A stretch of DNA of 64,000 nucleotides, taken from positions 352,001 to 416,000 of the forward strand of contig CAVQEQ010000004.1 of assembly GCA_963711565.1 (NCBI GenBank), in the 5' to 3' direction. The notes beneath the pieces are model-generated. The model did no database searches. It saw only the letters and a program-made list of their open reading frames with translations, and had not been told where the DNA came from. The DNA is from an uncultured delta proteobacterium (lineage in GTDB: Bacteria; Desulfobacterota; Binatia; Binatales; Binataceae). Every line of letters starts with the position of its first letter. The stretch's first letter is position 1. A program made the translations under genes and the position numbers. Positions 8,795 through 18,769 of this stretch are shown here, piece by piece.

Positions 8795-8880
8795 GAGATT
8801 CTTCGCTGCAAGCAGCTCAGAATGACACTGGACGGTTGGATGCTTTTTTCTCCGTCATCCTGAGCGAAGCGAAGGATCTC
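8795..8880. repeat. inverted doublet of family B REP-like palindromes
   Basis: GAGATTCTTCGCTGCAAGCAGCTCAGAATGAC ... GTCATCCTGAGCGAAGCGAAGGATCTC. A similar doublet lies at 32402-32483. Confidence 0.85.
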
Positions 8881-9015
8881 GCGCGCAGGAGCGCGCCAGC
8901 CACGCACCACTCACCAGGCGCGCATCGACCAAACTTTTCCGCGCGTTACCATTCGCGCTATACGATCAGATCGCGCTCCGCTCCTGCAACCGGGCGTGCG
9001 CGGGAGGAACTCGCG

Positions 9016-9360
9016 ATGCTCTACATGCTGCTGCTCTACGGCTCCGAAGCCGGCGAGGAAAAGCCGAGCGCCAAAGAACGGCGCAAGCTGTTCCAGGCGT
9101 ATGAGGATTTCACCCAATGGATCAAGGAGCGTGGCAAGTATCGCGACGGCAACGCGCTCGAGCCGTCGTCGGCCGCGACCGTTGTTCGGGTGCGTGACGG
9201 GAAGACGCTTACCAGCGCGGGAGCATTCGCGCAGACTGCAGAGCAGCTCGGCGGTTACTATCTAATCGACGCGGACAATCTCGACCAAGCAATCGAAATC
9301 GCGGCGCGAGTCCCGCGCGCGACCAGCGGCAGGGTCGAGGTCCATCCAATCCAAGTCTGA
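9016..9360 (+). CDS. YciI/DGPF family protein
   Basis: GGGAGG RBS, MLYMLLLY, ATVVRVRDGK, FAQTAEQLGGYYLIDA, VEVHP. Confidence 0.85.
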   Translation: MLYMLLLYGSEAGEEKPSAKERRKLFQAYEDFTQWIKERGKYRDGNALEPSSAATVVRVRDGKTLTSAGAFAQTAEQLGGYYLIDADNLDQAIEIAARVPRATSGRVEVHPIQV

Positions 9361-9384
9361 TCCCGCGAAGCGCGGACGACACCA

Positions 9385-9454
9385 AGGTGCAGGGGTTACC
9401 CCTGCCGGGGAAGTTTGAAACCCGCGTTGGGTTTCAAATTTAGATAAAGTGATT
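9385..9454 (+). repeat. two-hairpin dispersed element family A, copy 3
   Basis: AGGTGCAGGGGTTACCCCTGCCGGGGAAGTTTGAAACCCGCGTTGGGTTTCAAATTTAGATAAAGTGATT. Confidence 0.85.
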
Positions 9455-9522
9455 TCTCCCCGCACACTCGTTCGCGCTATAACTCTCGCGATGCTGACGG
9501 CATCACGACTGTGCGGTCGGAC

Positions 9523-10800
9523 TTAATGCTGTCCTGAACTCATATCAGCAGAAGCCTTCGCAGCCTTCTTCGCGGCATCGATCATCTTCTGATATGTCTT
9601 GGCGCGCTCGGTCCAATCACACATCGGAGTGGAGAGCGCGGTTACATCCGCAGGCACAAACGCGCCGGAGGCTTGATCCAGTACCATGTCCTGCTGCGGC
9701 GAAGACTTCTTATCGATGCCTGCGAGCGCGGCCTCGACCTCGGATCGATTCCGCCCCGAAAAGTAGGTTCCGCCGGCGCACGCCGCGTAGGTCGCTGGAC
9801 CGCCGAGCGGGTTGTACACCTTCCATAGCCTGGATTTGTTTATTGGCTGCCCGTCGAGCGACTGCTGAATAAGGGTCGTACCGTCTGTGGTTATGGCTAC
9901 TTCTCCGCAGTTGCTGAAATCCGGGCAATTGGAGGTGCCGTATCGCGGCGCGATCGAAACAGAGTGCCCAGTCGGCAGCTTGATCGTCATCCGGTCGAAC
10001 GGCGTGTCATCCGCGAACCAGTCGATCGTGACTGACTTATCATTTGTGACCTCGAGGTGTTGCGGAGTTTTCTCGCTCGCCGGAACCAGCTTTGCCTCCC
10101 TGGTCCATTTCGGCGCCGGGATCACCTTGTCGAGTCCGATCCGATGGCGCCAGTTGCAGACCGGCATCCGCGTACTAACGACCTCGCCGACGACGTAAAC
10201 CTCATGCTCGGATTTCGAGTCGCCGCCGGACGCCGGTGGCGTTCCCTCGTTCGCGGACTTCTCTCCTTCGAGCACGCTCATCAGCGACGGCAAACTCCTG
10301 CTGCTATAAATCTTGCCCTCTTTGCATCCCTGGAATGTGGCAACCGGGCTCGATCTGCTCATCCCGAGAAACGCCGGGCCGACCGGATGCGGTTCGTCTT
10401 TCGCTATCGCCCATAGTTCGGAATCCAACCACGGGCGGCCATCGCGGCTCACAATTATATCACCGGAGGGTCCATACCTAACCGCAATACAGGTGTTGAG
10501 ATCGGGGCAGCCCTTCACCCTCAATAAGACCGACGAGAGCTGCGTAACGGTGCCATCGTCATAGTGAACCTCGAGAGTGGATGGTTTCTGGAAGTCTTCG
10601 TAGGCTATGATCGTTCCGCCTTTGAAATCGAATTCGAGGTGCGGACCCAACCTGAACGCCTTGCCTTCAACGACGCGCAGTCCTTTCGCCGGCGGTGGAG
10701 GTTGCTCCGTCGCGCACGCCGCGAACAGCATCGCAGCAATCATGAGAACGATGAGCTTGATCGCCGTAATTCCCCCTCTATCGCAAGACCAACTACTCAA
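9523..10800 (-). CDS. hypothetical lipoprotein with a tandem duplicated Cys-rich domain
   Basis: Lipobox LFAAC and two similar halves (CPD.N.C ... LW ... AT...C..G..SxR ... C.W). Real start may be downstream, near 10743. Confidence 0.75.
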   Translation of the reverse strand: MSSWSCDRGGITAIKLIVLMIAAMLFAACATEQPPPPAKGLRVVEGKAFRLGPHLEFDFKGGTIIAYEDFQKPSTLEVHYDDGTVTQLSSVLLRVKGCPDLNTCIAVRYGPSGDIIVSRDGRPWLDSELWAIAKDEPHPVGPAFLGMSRSSPVATFQGCKEGKIYSSRSLPSLMSVLEGEKSANEGTPPASGGDSKSEHEVYVVGEVVSTRMPVCNWRHRIGLDKVIPAPKWTREAKLVPASEKTPQHLEVTNDKSVTIDWFADDTPFDRMTIKLPTGHSVSIAPRYGTSNCPDFSNCGEVAITTDGTTLIQQSLDGQPINKSRLWKVYNPLGGPATYAACAGGTYFSGRNRSEVEAALAGIDKKSSPQQDMVLDQASGAFVPADVTALSTPMCDWTERAKTYQKMIDAAKKAAKASADMSSGQH

Positions 10801-10897
10801 TATCGCTTCGCTCGCGGTCGGGCAATTCTCTGCGGGCGGCTAGCCGACTAGAATGTCAGAATGCCGCCGTGCGTCGATTCCGTCACGGAGAAACGCG

Positions 10898-11383
10898 ATG
10901 CCCATCCAAATCCGCCGCGCCACCGAAGCCGACATCCCCGAACTCTCACGCCTCGTCGGCGCGCTCGCCGCATGGGAGCAGTCGCTCGACCCGCGCGTGC
11001 AATTCGATTGGGACGGCATCCGCGACGCCCCCAATTGGCTCAAGCTCGTCCTGAATCGCGCGCATCATGCGGTATGGGTCGCGGCTTCCGACGAGCGCCT
11101 CGTCGGCCACCTCTGGATTCGCCTCAAGCACCAGGCTGACGGCGCGATGCCTCAATCGATCGGCTACATCAGCCAGGCTTTTATGGACGAGGCGTTCCGC
11201 GGACGCGGTCTTATGAAGCCGATGCTTGAGGCGGCCTACGAATGGTTCCGCGACGCCGGGATAACCGTCGTCACGTTAAGCGTCCTCCATCGCAACTGGG
11301 TAGGCGCCACCGCGTGGCATCGCCTGGGCTTCAGCGATTGGCGCGAGGAGCGCCGCATGGACCTGAAACCGCGCCCAAAATAG
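10898..11383 (+). CDS. GNAT family N-acetyltransferase
   Basis: IRRATEADIP, FRGRGLMKPML (acetyl-CoA motif A), WHRLGF. Confidence 0.9.
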   Translation: MPIQIRRATEADIPELSRLVGALAAWEQSLDPRVQFDWDGIRDAPNWLKLVLNRAHHAVWVAASDERLVGHLWIRLKHQADGAMPQSIGYISQAFMDEAFRGRGLMKPMLEAAYEWFRDAGITVVTLSVLHRNWVGATAWHRLGFSDWREERRMDLKPRPK

Positions 11384-11430
11384 CCAGTTTGCGTCTCTTG
11401 TCTGACCGCTCGGTAAGGCTCATATTGTCC

Positions 11431-11546
11431 TTGACAATCGGGATCAATCCCCTTACTAGACTGATTGGGTCCAGTATTCCTGCGAGCCGAATTCCGTTTG
11501 ACTGTATCGCAAGAAGCCTTATACTATACCCAGTAGGTCCACTATT
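11431..11546 (+). promoter_or_regulatory. tandem sigma70-like promoters with two Rrf2/IscR-like palindromic boxes upstream of iscS
   Basis: TTGACA at 11431 and TTGACT at 11498. Boxes TACTAGAC-N7-GTCCAGTA (11454-11476) and TACTATAC-N7-GTCCACTA (11522-11544). Confidence 0.6.
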
Positions 11547-11579
11547 ACGATTCGCGTGGAATAGATACCGAGAAGAGAG

Positions 11580-12797
11580 ATGCTGAAGAAGCCCGTTTAC
11601 ATGGATAATCACGCGACCACGCGCGTCGATTCGCGCGTGCTCGATGCGATGCTGCCGTATTTCACCGAGAAGTTCGGTAACGCCGCGAGCCGCAATCATA
11701 GCTTCGGCTGGGAAGCGGAAGAGGCCGTCAGCCGCTCGCGCGAGCAGATTGCGGCGCTGATCGGCGCCAAGTCCAAGGAAATCATTTTCACCAGCGGCGC
11801 CACCGAGTCCGACAACCTGGCAATCAAGGGCGTCGTCGAGTTTTACAAAGACAAGGGCAACCACATCATCACCTGCGTCACCGAGCACAAGGCCGTTCTC
11901 GACAGTTGCCGCGCACTCGAGCGTGCAGGCAAAGCGACCGTGACGTATCTCCCCGTTGACAAGTACGGGATGGTAGATCCCGACGCCGTGCGCCGCGCGA
12001 TCACCGACAAGACCGTGCTCATCACGATTATGTGGGCCAACAACGAGATCGGCACGATTCATCCGATCGCCGAGATCGGCAATATCGCCAAGGAAAAAGG
12101 GATCGTCTTTCACACCGACGCGGTGCAGGCGATCGGCAAGGTGCCGGTTGATTTCGAAAAGGCGGGCGTCGATCTCGCGTCGATCACCGCACACAAGATT
12201 TACGGCCCGAAGGGAATCGGCGCGCTCTACGTCCGCTCGAAGGGACCGCGCGTGCGAATCTCACCGCAGATGGACGGCGGTGGCCATGAACGCGGGATGC
12301 GCTCCGGGACGCTCAACGTTCCGGGCATCGTTGGCCTCGGCGCGGCGTGCGAAATCGCCGGCAAGGAAATGCCTGACGAAGCGCAGAGGCTGATCCAGTT
12401 GCGCAGTCAGCTGCAGGCCGGACTGTTCGAGCGCCTCGACGAGATTTACGTCAACGGTCATCCGACCGAGCGCCTGCCGGGCAATCTGAACGTGAGCTTC
12501 GCGTACGTCGAAGGCGAGTCGCTCCTGATGGGTATCAACGATATCGCCGTCAGCTCCGGCTCCGCATGCACCTCGGCGACGCTCGAGCCGTCGTACGTGA
12601 TTCGCGCGCTGGGTATCGACGACGAGCTTGCGCACAGCTCGATTCGTTTCGGCCTCGGCCGTTTCAACACGCTGGAAGAAGTCGATTACGTGACGGACCG
12701 CGTCAGCAAGGAAGTGAAGCGGCTGCGCGAAATGTCGCCGCTGTACGAGATGGCGAAAGAGGGAATCGATCTCAAGTCGGTCAATTGGAAATCGTAA
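11580..12797 (+). CDS. iscS: cysteine desulfurase IscS
   Basis: [18 protein letters not shown] (PLP lysine), [18 protein letters not shown]. Confidence 0.97.
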   Translation: MLKKPVYMDNHATTRVDSRVLDAMLPYFTEKFGNAASRNHSFGWEAEEAVSRSREQIAALIGAKSKEIIFTSGATESDNLAIKGVVEFYKDKGNHIITCVTEHKAVLDSCRALERAGKATVTYLPVDKYGMVDPDAVRRAITDKTVLITIMWANNEIGTIHPIAEIGNIAKEKGIVFHTDAVQAIGKVPVDFEKAGVDLASITAHKIYGPKGIGALYVRSKGPRVRISPQMDGGGHERGMRSGTLNVPGIVGLGAACEIAGKEMPDEAQRLIQLRSQLQAGLFERLDEIYVNGHPTERLPGNLNVSFAYVEGESLLMGINDIAVSSGSACTSATLEPSYVIRALGIDDELAHSSIRFGLGRFNTLEEVDYVTDRVSKEVKRLREMSPLYEMAKEGIDLKSVNWKS

Positions 12798-12830
12798 CGC
12801 AACGTCGAATCGACGCGGGAAAAAATAAAC

Positions 12831-13256
12831 ATGGCTTACTCAGATAAGGTTATCGAGCACTACAACAATCCGCGCAACGTCGGCAGCTTTGCCAAGGACG
12901 AGCCGGGCGTCGGCACCGGCGTCGTCGGCGCGCCGGAATGCGGCGACGTGATGAAGCTGCAGCTCAAGATCAGCGACACCGGCGTGATCGAAGATGCGCG
13001 CTTCAAGACCTTCGGATGCGGCAGCGCGATCGCCAGTTCGAGCTACGTCACCGAACTCGTCAAGGGCAAGCATATCGACGAGGCGATGGCGATTAAGAAC
13101 ACCGTCATCGTCAAGGAACTCAATCTGCCGCCCGTCAAGATTCACTGCTCGGTCCTGGCCGAGGACGCGATCAAGGCCGCCATCACGGACTGGCGCAAGC
13201 GCAAGGGCGACGATGTCGCCGCCGAAGAGCATCCTGCGAAGTCGAAGGAGGCGTAA
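12831..13256 (+). CDS. iscU: Fe-S cluster scaffold IscU
   Basis: MAYSDKVIEHYNNPRNVGS, ECGDVM, FGCGSAIASSS, LPPVKIHCS. Confidence 0.97.
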   Translation: MAYSDKVIEHYNNPRNVGSFAKDEPGVGTGVVGAPECGDVMKLQLKISDTGVIEDARFKTFGCGSAIASSSYVTELVKGKHIDEAMAIKNTVIVKELNLPPVKIHCSVLAEDAIKAAITDWRKRKGDDVAAEEHPAKSKEA

Positions 13257-13262
13257 CGTTTC

Positions 13263-13586
13263 GTGGCTGTGATTTCACTTTCCGAGGGCGCTGCCCAGAA
13301 GATCAAGCAACTCGTCGCCGACAAGGGCGAAGGCGCTGGCTTGCGCGTAAAGGTCGTCGGCGGCGGATGCTCGGGACTTCAGTACCGGATGGAAATCGAT
13401 GCCGCCAAGGAACGCGACAAGGTCTTCGAGCGCGACGGCGCGCGTCTGATCGTCGATAAGAAGAGTTTTCTCTACCTCAACGGCTCCGAGCTCGACTACG
13501 GCGAAGAACTGATGTCGTCGGGCTTCAAGGTCGTCAATCCAAATGCCAAGCGCAGTTGCGGATGCGGAGAATCGTTCGTCGTATGA
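13263..13586 (+). CDS. iscA: A-type Fe-S carrier IscA
   Basis: GGGCSGLQY and NPNAKRSCGCGESF. Confidence 0.93.
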   Translation: MAVISLSEGAAQKIKQLVADKGEGAGLRVKVVGGGCSGLQYRMEIDAAKERDKVFERDGARLIVDKKSFLYLNGSELDYGEELMSSGFKVVNPNAKRSCGCGESFVV

Positions 13587-13616
13587 ACGAGCGGATGTGG
13601 GGACTGGCGTCTCAAG

Positions 13617-14252
13617 ATGATCGAATGCCTTTCATGTGGACGGCGGCAGGAGCCGTCGCTGACTTGCGCTGACTGCGGATCGCCGCTCGCGGCGCCGCTC
13701 GATTGTTTCGCCGCGCTCGGCATCCCGCGCAAGTTGACGATCGATCTCGGCGAACTCGAGCGCCGCTATCACGAATTGAGTCGCAAGATACATCCGGACC
13801 GTTTCGCCTCGAAGGGCCCCAAGGTCCGCGACGCGAGTCTCCGCGCGACCGCGACCCTCACTCGCAGCTACCGCACCCTGCGCGATCCTGTCGCACGCGG
13901 CCTCTACTGGCTCGAACTCCGCGGTGAAAAACTCGCCGATAACAACAAGCGCGTGCCGCCAGAGCTGGCCGAGCTGGTCTTTGACGTGCAGGAGCAGCTC
14001 GCCGAGATGCAGCTTGCGGACCCGGAGGAGGCGCACGAACGCGCAACTCAAATCGCCGCGCGGCGCATCGAGCTTCAATTCAAAATGGATGAGAACCTGG
14101 CCGAGCTCGAGCGGCATTTCGCGAAATGGGATCAGCCGGTGGACGAAAAGATGCTTACGTTGGAACTGAAGACGATCCTCTCGAATATCGCCTACCTGCG
14201 CACGCTGATTCGCGACGTCGATCGCGCGCTCGAGAACTCAAAGGCCGCTTGA
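13617..14252 (+). CDS. hscB: co-chaperone HscB with N-terminal Cys4 motif
   Basis: CxxC..CxxC, J-domain HPD, operon position. Confidence 0.92.
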   Translation: MIECLSCGRRQEPSLTCADCGSPLAAPLDCFAALGIPRKLTIDLGELERRYHELSRKIHPDRFASKGPKVRDASLRATATLTRSYRTLRDPVARGLYWLELRGEKLADNNKRVPPELAELVFDVQEQLAEMQLADPEEAHERATQIAARRIELQFKMDENLAELERHFAKWDQPVDEKMLTLELKTILSNIAYLRTLIRDVDRALENSKAA

Positions 14253-14262
14253 TTTAGAAAAA

Positions 14263-16131
14263 ATGGCACGAATTTTTGGCATAGACCTCGGCACCACCAA
14301 CAGCCTCATCGCCGCTATGGAAGCCGGTGAGCCGCGCGTGATTGCCGTCGGCGAGAACGGCAGTGCACTCGTGCCGAGCGTAGTTGCGATCGCACCGGAC
14401 GGTGTCGTCACTGTCGGCGAGCGCGCAATCGAAATGGAACCGCATCTCACCGTCGAGCGCGACGGCCGCGTGAGCGCGGTCGGCTTTGCCGGCGGCGAAT
14501 ACGGCGCGGTCATTCGATCCGTCAAGCGCTACATGGGATTGGGCGGCGACGAGATCGCGCCCGAAGATCGCGCGCGCTATACCTTCGCCGATCTGAGCGG
14601 CCCGGTCGTGCGCTTTCAAATCGGCAAGCGCGTCTTCACACCTTCGCAAATCTCCGGCGAAGTTCTGCGCGCCCTCAAGGACGGCGCAGAACGCGCACTC
14701 GGCAACAGTGAAAAAGTCGAGCGCGTCGTAATCACCGTCCCCGCCTACTTCAACGATGGTCAGCGCCAAGCCACCAAGGACGCCGGCCGTCTCGCTGGTC
14801 TGGAAGTCGTGCGCCTGGTGAACGAGCCGACCGCCGCGTCCCTCGCCTACGGCCTAAACAAGATGGCGACCGGCAACGTCGCCGTGTTCGACTTCGGCGG
14901 CGGCACTTTCGACATTTCGATTCTCAGCATCAAGGAGGGAATCTTCGAGGTGCTCGCGACCAACGGCGACACTCACCTCGGCGGCGACGATATCGACCGC
15001 GCGCTCGTCGATTGGATCCTCACCGAACTTCCCGACACCCTCAAACTCGATCGCCACGTATGGAACAGCGCGCGCATGGCTGCCGAGGACGCCAAGAAGC
15101 GCCTCACCGACATCGCGGAGACCGACATCGCCGTCGAACTCCCCGGCCATTCGATTGGCAAGCACTTGACGCGCGACGCCCTCGATCAGATGGCCGCCCC
15201 GTTCGTCGCGCGGACGCTCAAGCGATGCGAGCTGGCAATCGCCGACGCCAAACTGACGCCCGCCGCTATCGACGCTGTCGTCCTGGTGGGCGGCGCGACG
15301 CGGATGCCCCTGGTCCGTCGACGCGTAGCGGAGATGTTCCATAGAGAACCCCTGTGCTCGATTAATCCTGACGAAGTGGTCGCTTTGGGCGCCGCCGTTC
15401 AGGCTTCTGTGCTAATGGGCACGCAGGGCGACATGCTCTTGCTCGACGTTGTTCCGCTGTCGCTCGGCATCGAAACGATGGGCGGCGTAATGGAGCGTCT
15501 AATACATCGCAATACCACTATCCCGACCAGCATAGCTGAAGGGTTTACCACCGCTGTGGATAATCAAACACATGTTGATATCCATGTTTTGCAAGGAGAG
15601 CGGGAACTTGCTAAGGATTGCCGTAGCTTGGCGCGCTTCAAGCTGGGCCCGATTCAGGCGCAGCCGGCGGGTGTCCCGCGTATCGAGGTCACTTTCCTCA
15701 TCGATGCAAACGGGATACTAAATGTCAATGCGCGCGATGAGCGCACGGGCCGCGAGCATTCGATTGACGTCAAGCCGAGCTACGGCCTGACGGACGATGA
15801 AATCGAGCGAATGCTCGAAGAGGCCATAGATCTTGGGGAACAGGATCTCGAAGAACGCCTGCTGATTTCGGCCCGTAATGACGCCGAGCAAATCCTGGGC
15901 GCGCTTCGAAAGCAGCTCGGCGAATACGGCCGGCTCGTCCCGGCTGGTGAGCGCGCGCGGATGGATGAGGTGGCGGAGCGGCTGGAGGCGGCCCGAACGG
16001 GAACCGATCGAGAACTAATTGCAAAACTCGTCGAAGAGCTGAACGAGGCAACCACTCCGTTCGCGGAGCGAATTATGGACGCGGCTATAAAACTGGCGCT
16101 CGAAAAGAAATCGGTCGAGGAACTTTCGTAG
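14263..16131 (+). CDS. hscA: Hsp70 chaperone HscA
   Basis: [44 protein letters not shown], operon position. Confidence 0.93.
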   Translation: MARIFGIDLGTTNSLIAAMEAGEPRVIAVGENGSALVPSVVAIAPDGVVTVGERAIEMEPHLTVERDGRVSAVGFAGGEYGAVIRSVKRYMGLGGDEIAPEDRARYTFADLSGPVVRFQIGKRVFTPSQISGEVLRALKDGAERALGNSEKVERVVITVPAYFNDGQRQATKDAGRLAGLEVVRLVNEPTAASLAYGLNKMATGNVAVFDFGGGTFDISILSIKEGIFEVLATNGDTHLGGDDIDRALVDWILTELPDTLKLDRHVWNSARMAAEDAKKRLTDIAETDIAVELPGHSIGKHLTRDALDQMAAPFVARTLKRCELAIADAKLTPAAIDAVVLVGGATRMPLVRRRVAEMFHREPLCSINPDEVVALGAAVQASVLMGTQGDMLLLDVVPLSLGIETMGGVMERLIHRNTTIPTSIAEGFTTAVDNQTHVDIHVLQGERELAKDCRSLARFKLGPIQAQPAGVPRIEVTFLIDANGILNVNARDERTGREHSIDVKPSYGLTDDEIERMLEEAIDLGEQDLEERLLISARNDAEQILGALRKQLGEYGRLVPAGERARMDEVAERLEAARTGTDRELIAKLVEELNEATTPFAERIMDAAIKLALEKKSVEELS

Positions 16132-16176
16132 CGGGGCAACCGCAACCGGAAGTCAGATCAGGACGTATATTTGACG

Positions 16177-16392
16177 ATGGGACTCAAGTGGGACCAGGCC
16201 GAAGAAATCGCGGAAGTGCTGGCGGAAAATCATCCGGGACTGGATCCGCTCGACGCGCGGTTCACAGACCTGCGACAATGGGTTATCGACCTCGACGAAT
16301 TCGACGATAACCGCGAAGGTTCAACCGAGGCGAAGTTGGAAGCCATCCAGATGGCTTGGCACGAAATATATAAGGAACAGAACGAAGACTGA
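16177..16392 (+). CDS. iscX: Fe-S assembly protein IscX
   Basis: MGLKW...IAE.L...P..DP...RFTDL..W...EAKLEAIQMAW. Confidence 0.92.
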   Translation: MGLKWDQAEEIAEVLAENHPGLDPLDARFTDLRQWVIDLDEFDDNREGSTEAKLEAIQMAWHEIYKEQNED

Positions 16393-16492
16393 CTCTGAAT
16401 AGGCGTAGAGGTGGCTACGTCCAAAACTACGGGGAGGTGGGGCGGTGGAAGAAGCACGCAGCACGACATTGAAGGTGGAGAACGGAGAGAAG

Positions 16493-17065
16493 ATGCAGGA
16501 AAAGGAAACACTGGACGAAAGATTGCCGGGGCTGTTCGAGCCTGACACCCTTTTGCCCATTCAATACTTCGAGGCGATGCGCAAGAAGCATCTGCTCGAG
16601 GGCGAAAAGCGGCTGATCCTGAGCGTGCTCGAGGACGCGATCGAATGCTTCATGAAATGCATCGACGCGTCCACCAGCAAGGGCCAGCGACTGTTCCGCG
16701 ATGCCGACGAATGGATCGCGCACGAGGACAAGCGTTGGGTCTTCTCGTTCGACAACGTCTGCGACATGCTCGATATCAATCCCGAGTACATGCGGATGGG
16801 GTTGCGCAAGTGGAAGGACAAGCGGCTCGACGCGATTGCGCGGCGACGCGCCGCGATGGTGCTCGAGGCCGAGCGGGCGGCAGCCGAGGCTGCGATGCAG
16901 CCTGCGGCGGCAGCGCCGGCGGTTGCGGCCGCGAGCGCGTCCGCAATGCAGAAGCCCGCGACCAAGGTCGCGGGCAAAGCGGCGGCGCGCGTCAAGCGCC
17001 GCCCCGAGCGCGTGCGCATCGCGAAACGCGCATCCGCGCGCAAGCTGCGCAAAGCGCGCGCATAA
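16493..17065 (+). CDS. conserved hypothetical protein with an Ala/Lys/Arg-rich basic tail
   Basis: GGAGAG RBS. Core EKRLILSVLEDAIECF...ADEWI...FSFDNVCDMLDINP followed by a low-complexity basic C-terminus. Confidence 0.8.
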   Translation: MQEKETLDERLPGLFEPDTLLPIQYFEAMRKKHLLEGEKRLILSVLEDAIECFMKCIDASTSKGQRLFRDADEWIAHEDKRWVFSFDNVCDMLDINPEYMRMGLRKWKDKRLDAIARRRAAMVLEAERAAAEAAMQPAAAAPAVAAASASAMQKPATKVAGKAAARVKRRPERVRIAKRASARKLRKARA

Positions 17066-17217
17066 CACCAGACAGAAGAAGAGCCTGCGGCCGCGCATCG
17101 CGTCCGCCGGCTCTTTGCATTCCCAGCAGCGGCGCGCGGGTCTTCGACCCGCCCCCGCCGCGCCTACGCCTTACCGGGCCAATCCTTCGCGACCGCGCTA
17201 TACCCGCGATTTTGGTT

Positions 17218-17251
17218 CCCCTTCCCGCGCGGGAAGGGGTTAGGGGTTAGG
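17218..17251. repeat. family C palindrome
   Basis: CCCCTTCCCGCGCGGGAAGGGGTTAGGGGTTAGG. Confidence 0.8.
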
Positions 17252-17301
17252 TTCATCGGGCCACTTGCCAGCGAATTCCACACCTCGTAGCGTTCTCACC
17301 G

Positions 17302-17580
17302 ATGCCGCTGCGAACCAAAATTGAATGCCCCGAGTGCGACGCCGACCTCGTCGTCAAGCGCGGCGGCGTATGCCCCAATTGCGGCGCGCGCATCACCGAG
17401 CACGTCGCCCGCGTCCGCTCGCGCGAGCGGCGCATCGAGCAGGTCGTCGCGATCGTCGCAACCGTGCTGGTCGTCGGCGTGGCCGTTGTCACCAGCGGCG
17501 CGACGCTGCTCGAAGGGATTGCTGTCTATGCGATCGTCGGCGCCATCATGTACTACCTCGCGCGCCGCACCTTCGTCTGA
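17302..17580 (+). CDS. small zinc-ribbon membrane protein
   Basis: CPEC...CPNCG followed by two hydrophobic helices. Confidence 0.8.
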   Translation: MPLRTKIECPECDADLVVKRGGVCPNCGARITEHVARVRSRERRIEQVVAIVATVLVVGVAVVTSGATLLEGIAVYAIVGAIMYYLARRTFV

Positions 17581-17853
17581 TTTCTCACTGGCCCCTTGTC
17601 TGAACATTTATTTATTTTTCGGTTCCTCAATGAGGTCTGAGGGCGCTTGTCTGAACGCCCGTTTATCTCCGCGCCGCCGAAACCTGAATATTCATTAACC
17701 TCTTCTCTCCGTTGATGTTTTTTATTTTTTATTTCGAATTTCGTGCAACCTGATTCGTCTGATTGCGTATCTAGATGTGCGATGACAACAGGCTTTGAAA
17801 AACGGCTCGATGGCGTCCTAAATGCTCTCTCACTCGGCAGAGGTAACCAAATA

Positions 17854-18582
17854 ATGAATTCCAAACGAGGTCTGATGTCGGCGCTGGTTGGTCTCGCGAT
17901 ACTCGCGACGCCGATGGCTGCGGCTGCCAAGGACTACAATCACTACGACAGTCACACGGCGCACGTATCGCGCAATGTCGCCCGCGCCGTCCGCAACGAC
18001 GCTGTTGCCAACCATGACTTCCGCGCAAACCGCGCATTTGCCGACGCGCACGCCTACCGGAATTACGGTTACGCTAACCGCGGCTACTACGGGGCCCCTG
18101 CATACGCAGCTCCTGCATACGCGGGCGGTTATGGCGGTTATGCGGGCGGAAACGGATGCGGCAACGCGGCGCGTGTCATTAACACCTACGATCGCGACCG
18201 GAACACCGGCCATCCCGCGGCCGCCTACGACTTGCTCGCGCAGAATCGATGGGCGTTCCGTAGTGGATGTGGCGGCGGCGCGCCGGTCGGCGGCGGGATG
18301 TTGGGTGGACTGGTACCTTCGTACAACAACTATGGCGGCGGCGGCGGATTGCTGAGTGGGCTCGCTGGATACCGTGGAACGCCGGCGTATGGCAACAATG
18401 GCGGATTGCTGGGTGGACTCGGCGGATACCGCGGAACGCCGGCATACAGCAACAATGGCGGATTGCTGGGCGGACTTGGTGGATACCGTGGCGCGACCAA
18501 TGGTGCCGGATACAACGGCGGTTACGGCCAGCCTGCCGGTGGAAATTCGATGCTAGGAAATATGCTTCAATACATCAGATAG
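17854..18582 (+). CDS. secreted Gly/Tyr/Asn-rich low-complexity repeat protein
   Basis: GAGG RBS, signal peptide MNSKRGLMSALVGLAILATPMAAAA, repeats GGLLGGLGGYRGTPAYxNN. Confidence 0.8.
   Translation: MNSKRGLMSALVGLAILATPMAAAAKDYNHYDSHTAHVSRNVARAVRNDAVANHDFRANRAFADAHAYRNYGYANRGYYGAPAYAAPAYAGGYGGYAGGNGCGNAARVINTYDRDRNTGHPAAAYDLLAQNRWAFRSGCGGGAPVGGGMLGGLVPSYNNYGGGGGLLSGLAGYRGTPAYGNNGGLLGGLGGYRGTPAYSNNGGLLGGLGGYRGATNGAGYNGGYGQPAGGNSMLGNMLQYIR
18343..18492 (+). repeat. coding tandem repeat, 57-bp unit, about 2.6 copies
   Basis: GGCGGATTGCTG... starts at 18343, 18400 and 18457. Confidence 0.85.
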
Positions 18583-18623
18583 CTCAGCGAACGCGCATCC
18601 CTCGCGCATTCTCTGACGACAAG

Positions 18624-18662
18624 CGCGCCCCGTCCCCTCCCGGCGGGGCGCGTTTCTTTTCT
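18624..18662 (+). terminator. intrinsic terminator
   Basis: CGCGCCCCG...CGGGGCGCG followed by TTTCTTTT. Confidence 0.7.
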
Positions 18663-18668
18663 TAACCC

Positions 18669-18754
18669 TGGGTGCAGGGGTCCCCCCCCGCGACGGTGTC
18701 GATGCCCAAGGAAGCGTGAAACCCACGGTGGGTTTCACATTAAATGAAGTGAAT
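18669..18754 (+). repeat. two-hairpin dispersed element family A, copy 4
   Basis: TGGGTGCAGGGGTCCCCC...TGCCCAAGGAAGCGTGAAACCCACGGTGGGTTTCACATTAAATGAAGTGAAT. Confidence 0.85.
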
Positions 18755-18769
18755 TGTCTTGCGTGAACT

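Noticed and set aside
15555-15563. Replication origin suggested by a DnaA box
   Set aside because: Only a single box was seen, inside a CDS, with no box cluster, DUE or dnaA/dnaN context.
18343-18492. Regularly spaced repeats as a possible CRISPR array
   Set aside because: The 57-bp unit is in frame, varies mostly at synonymous sites and has no unique spacers. No cas genes are present.
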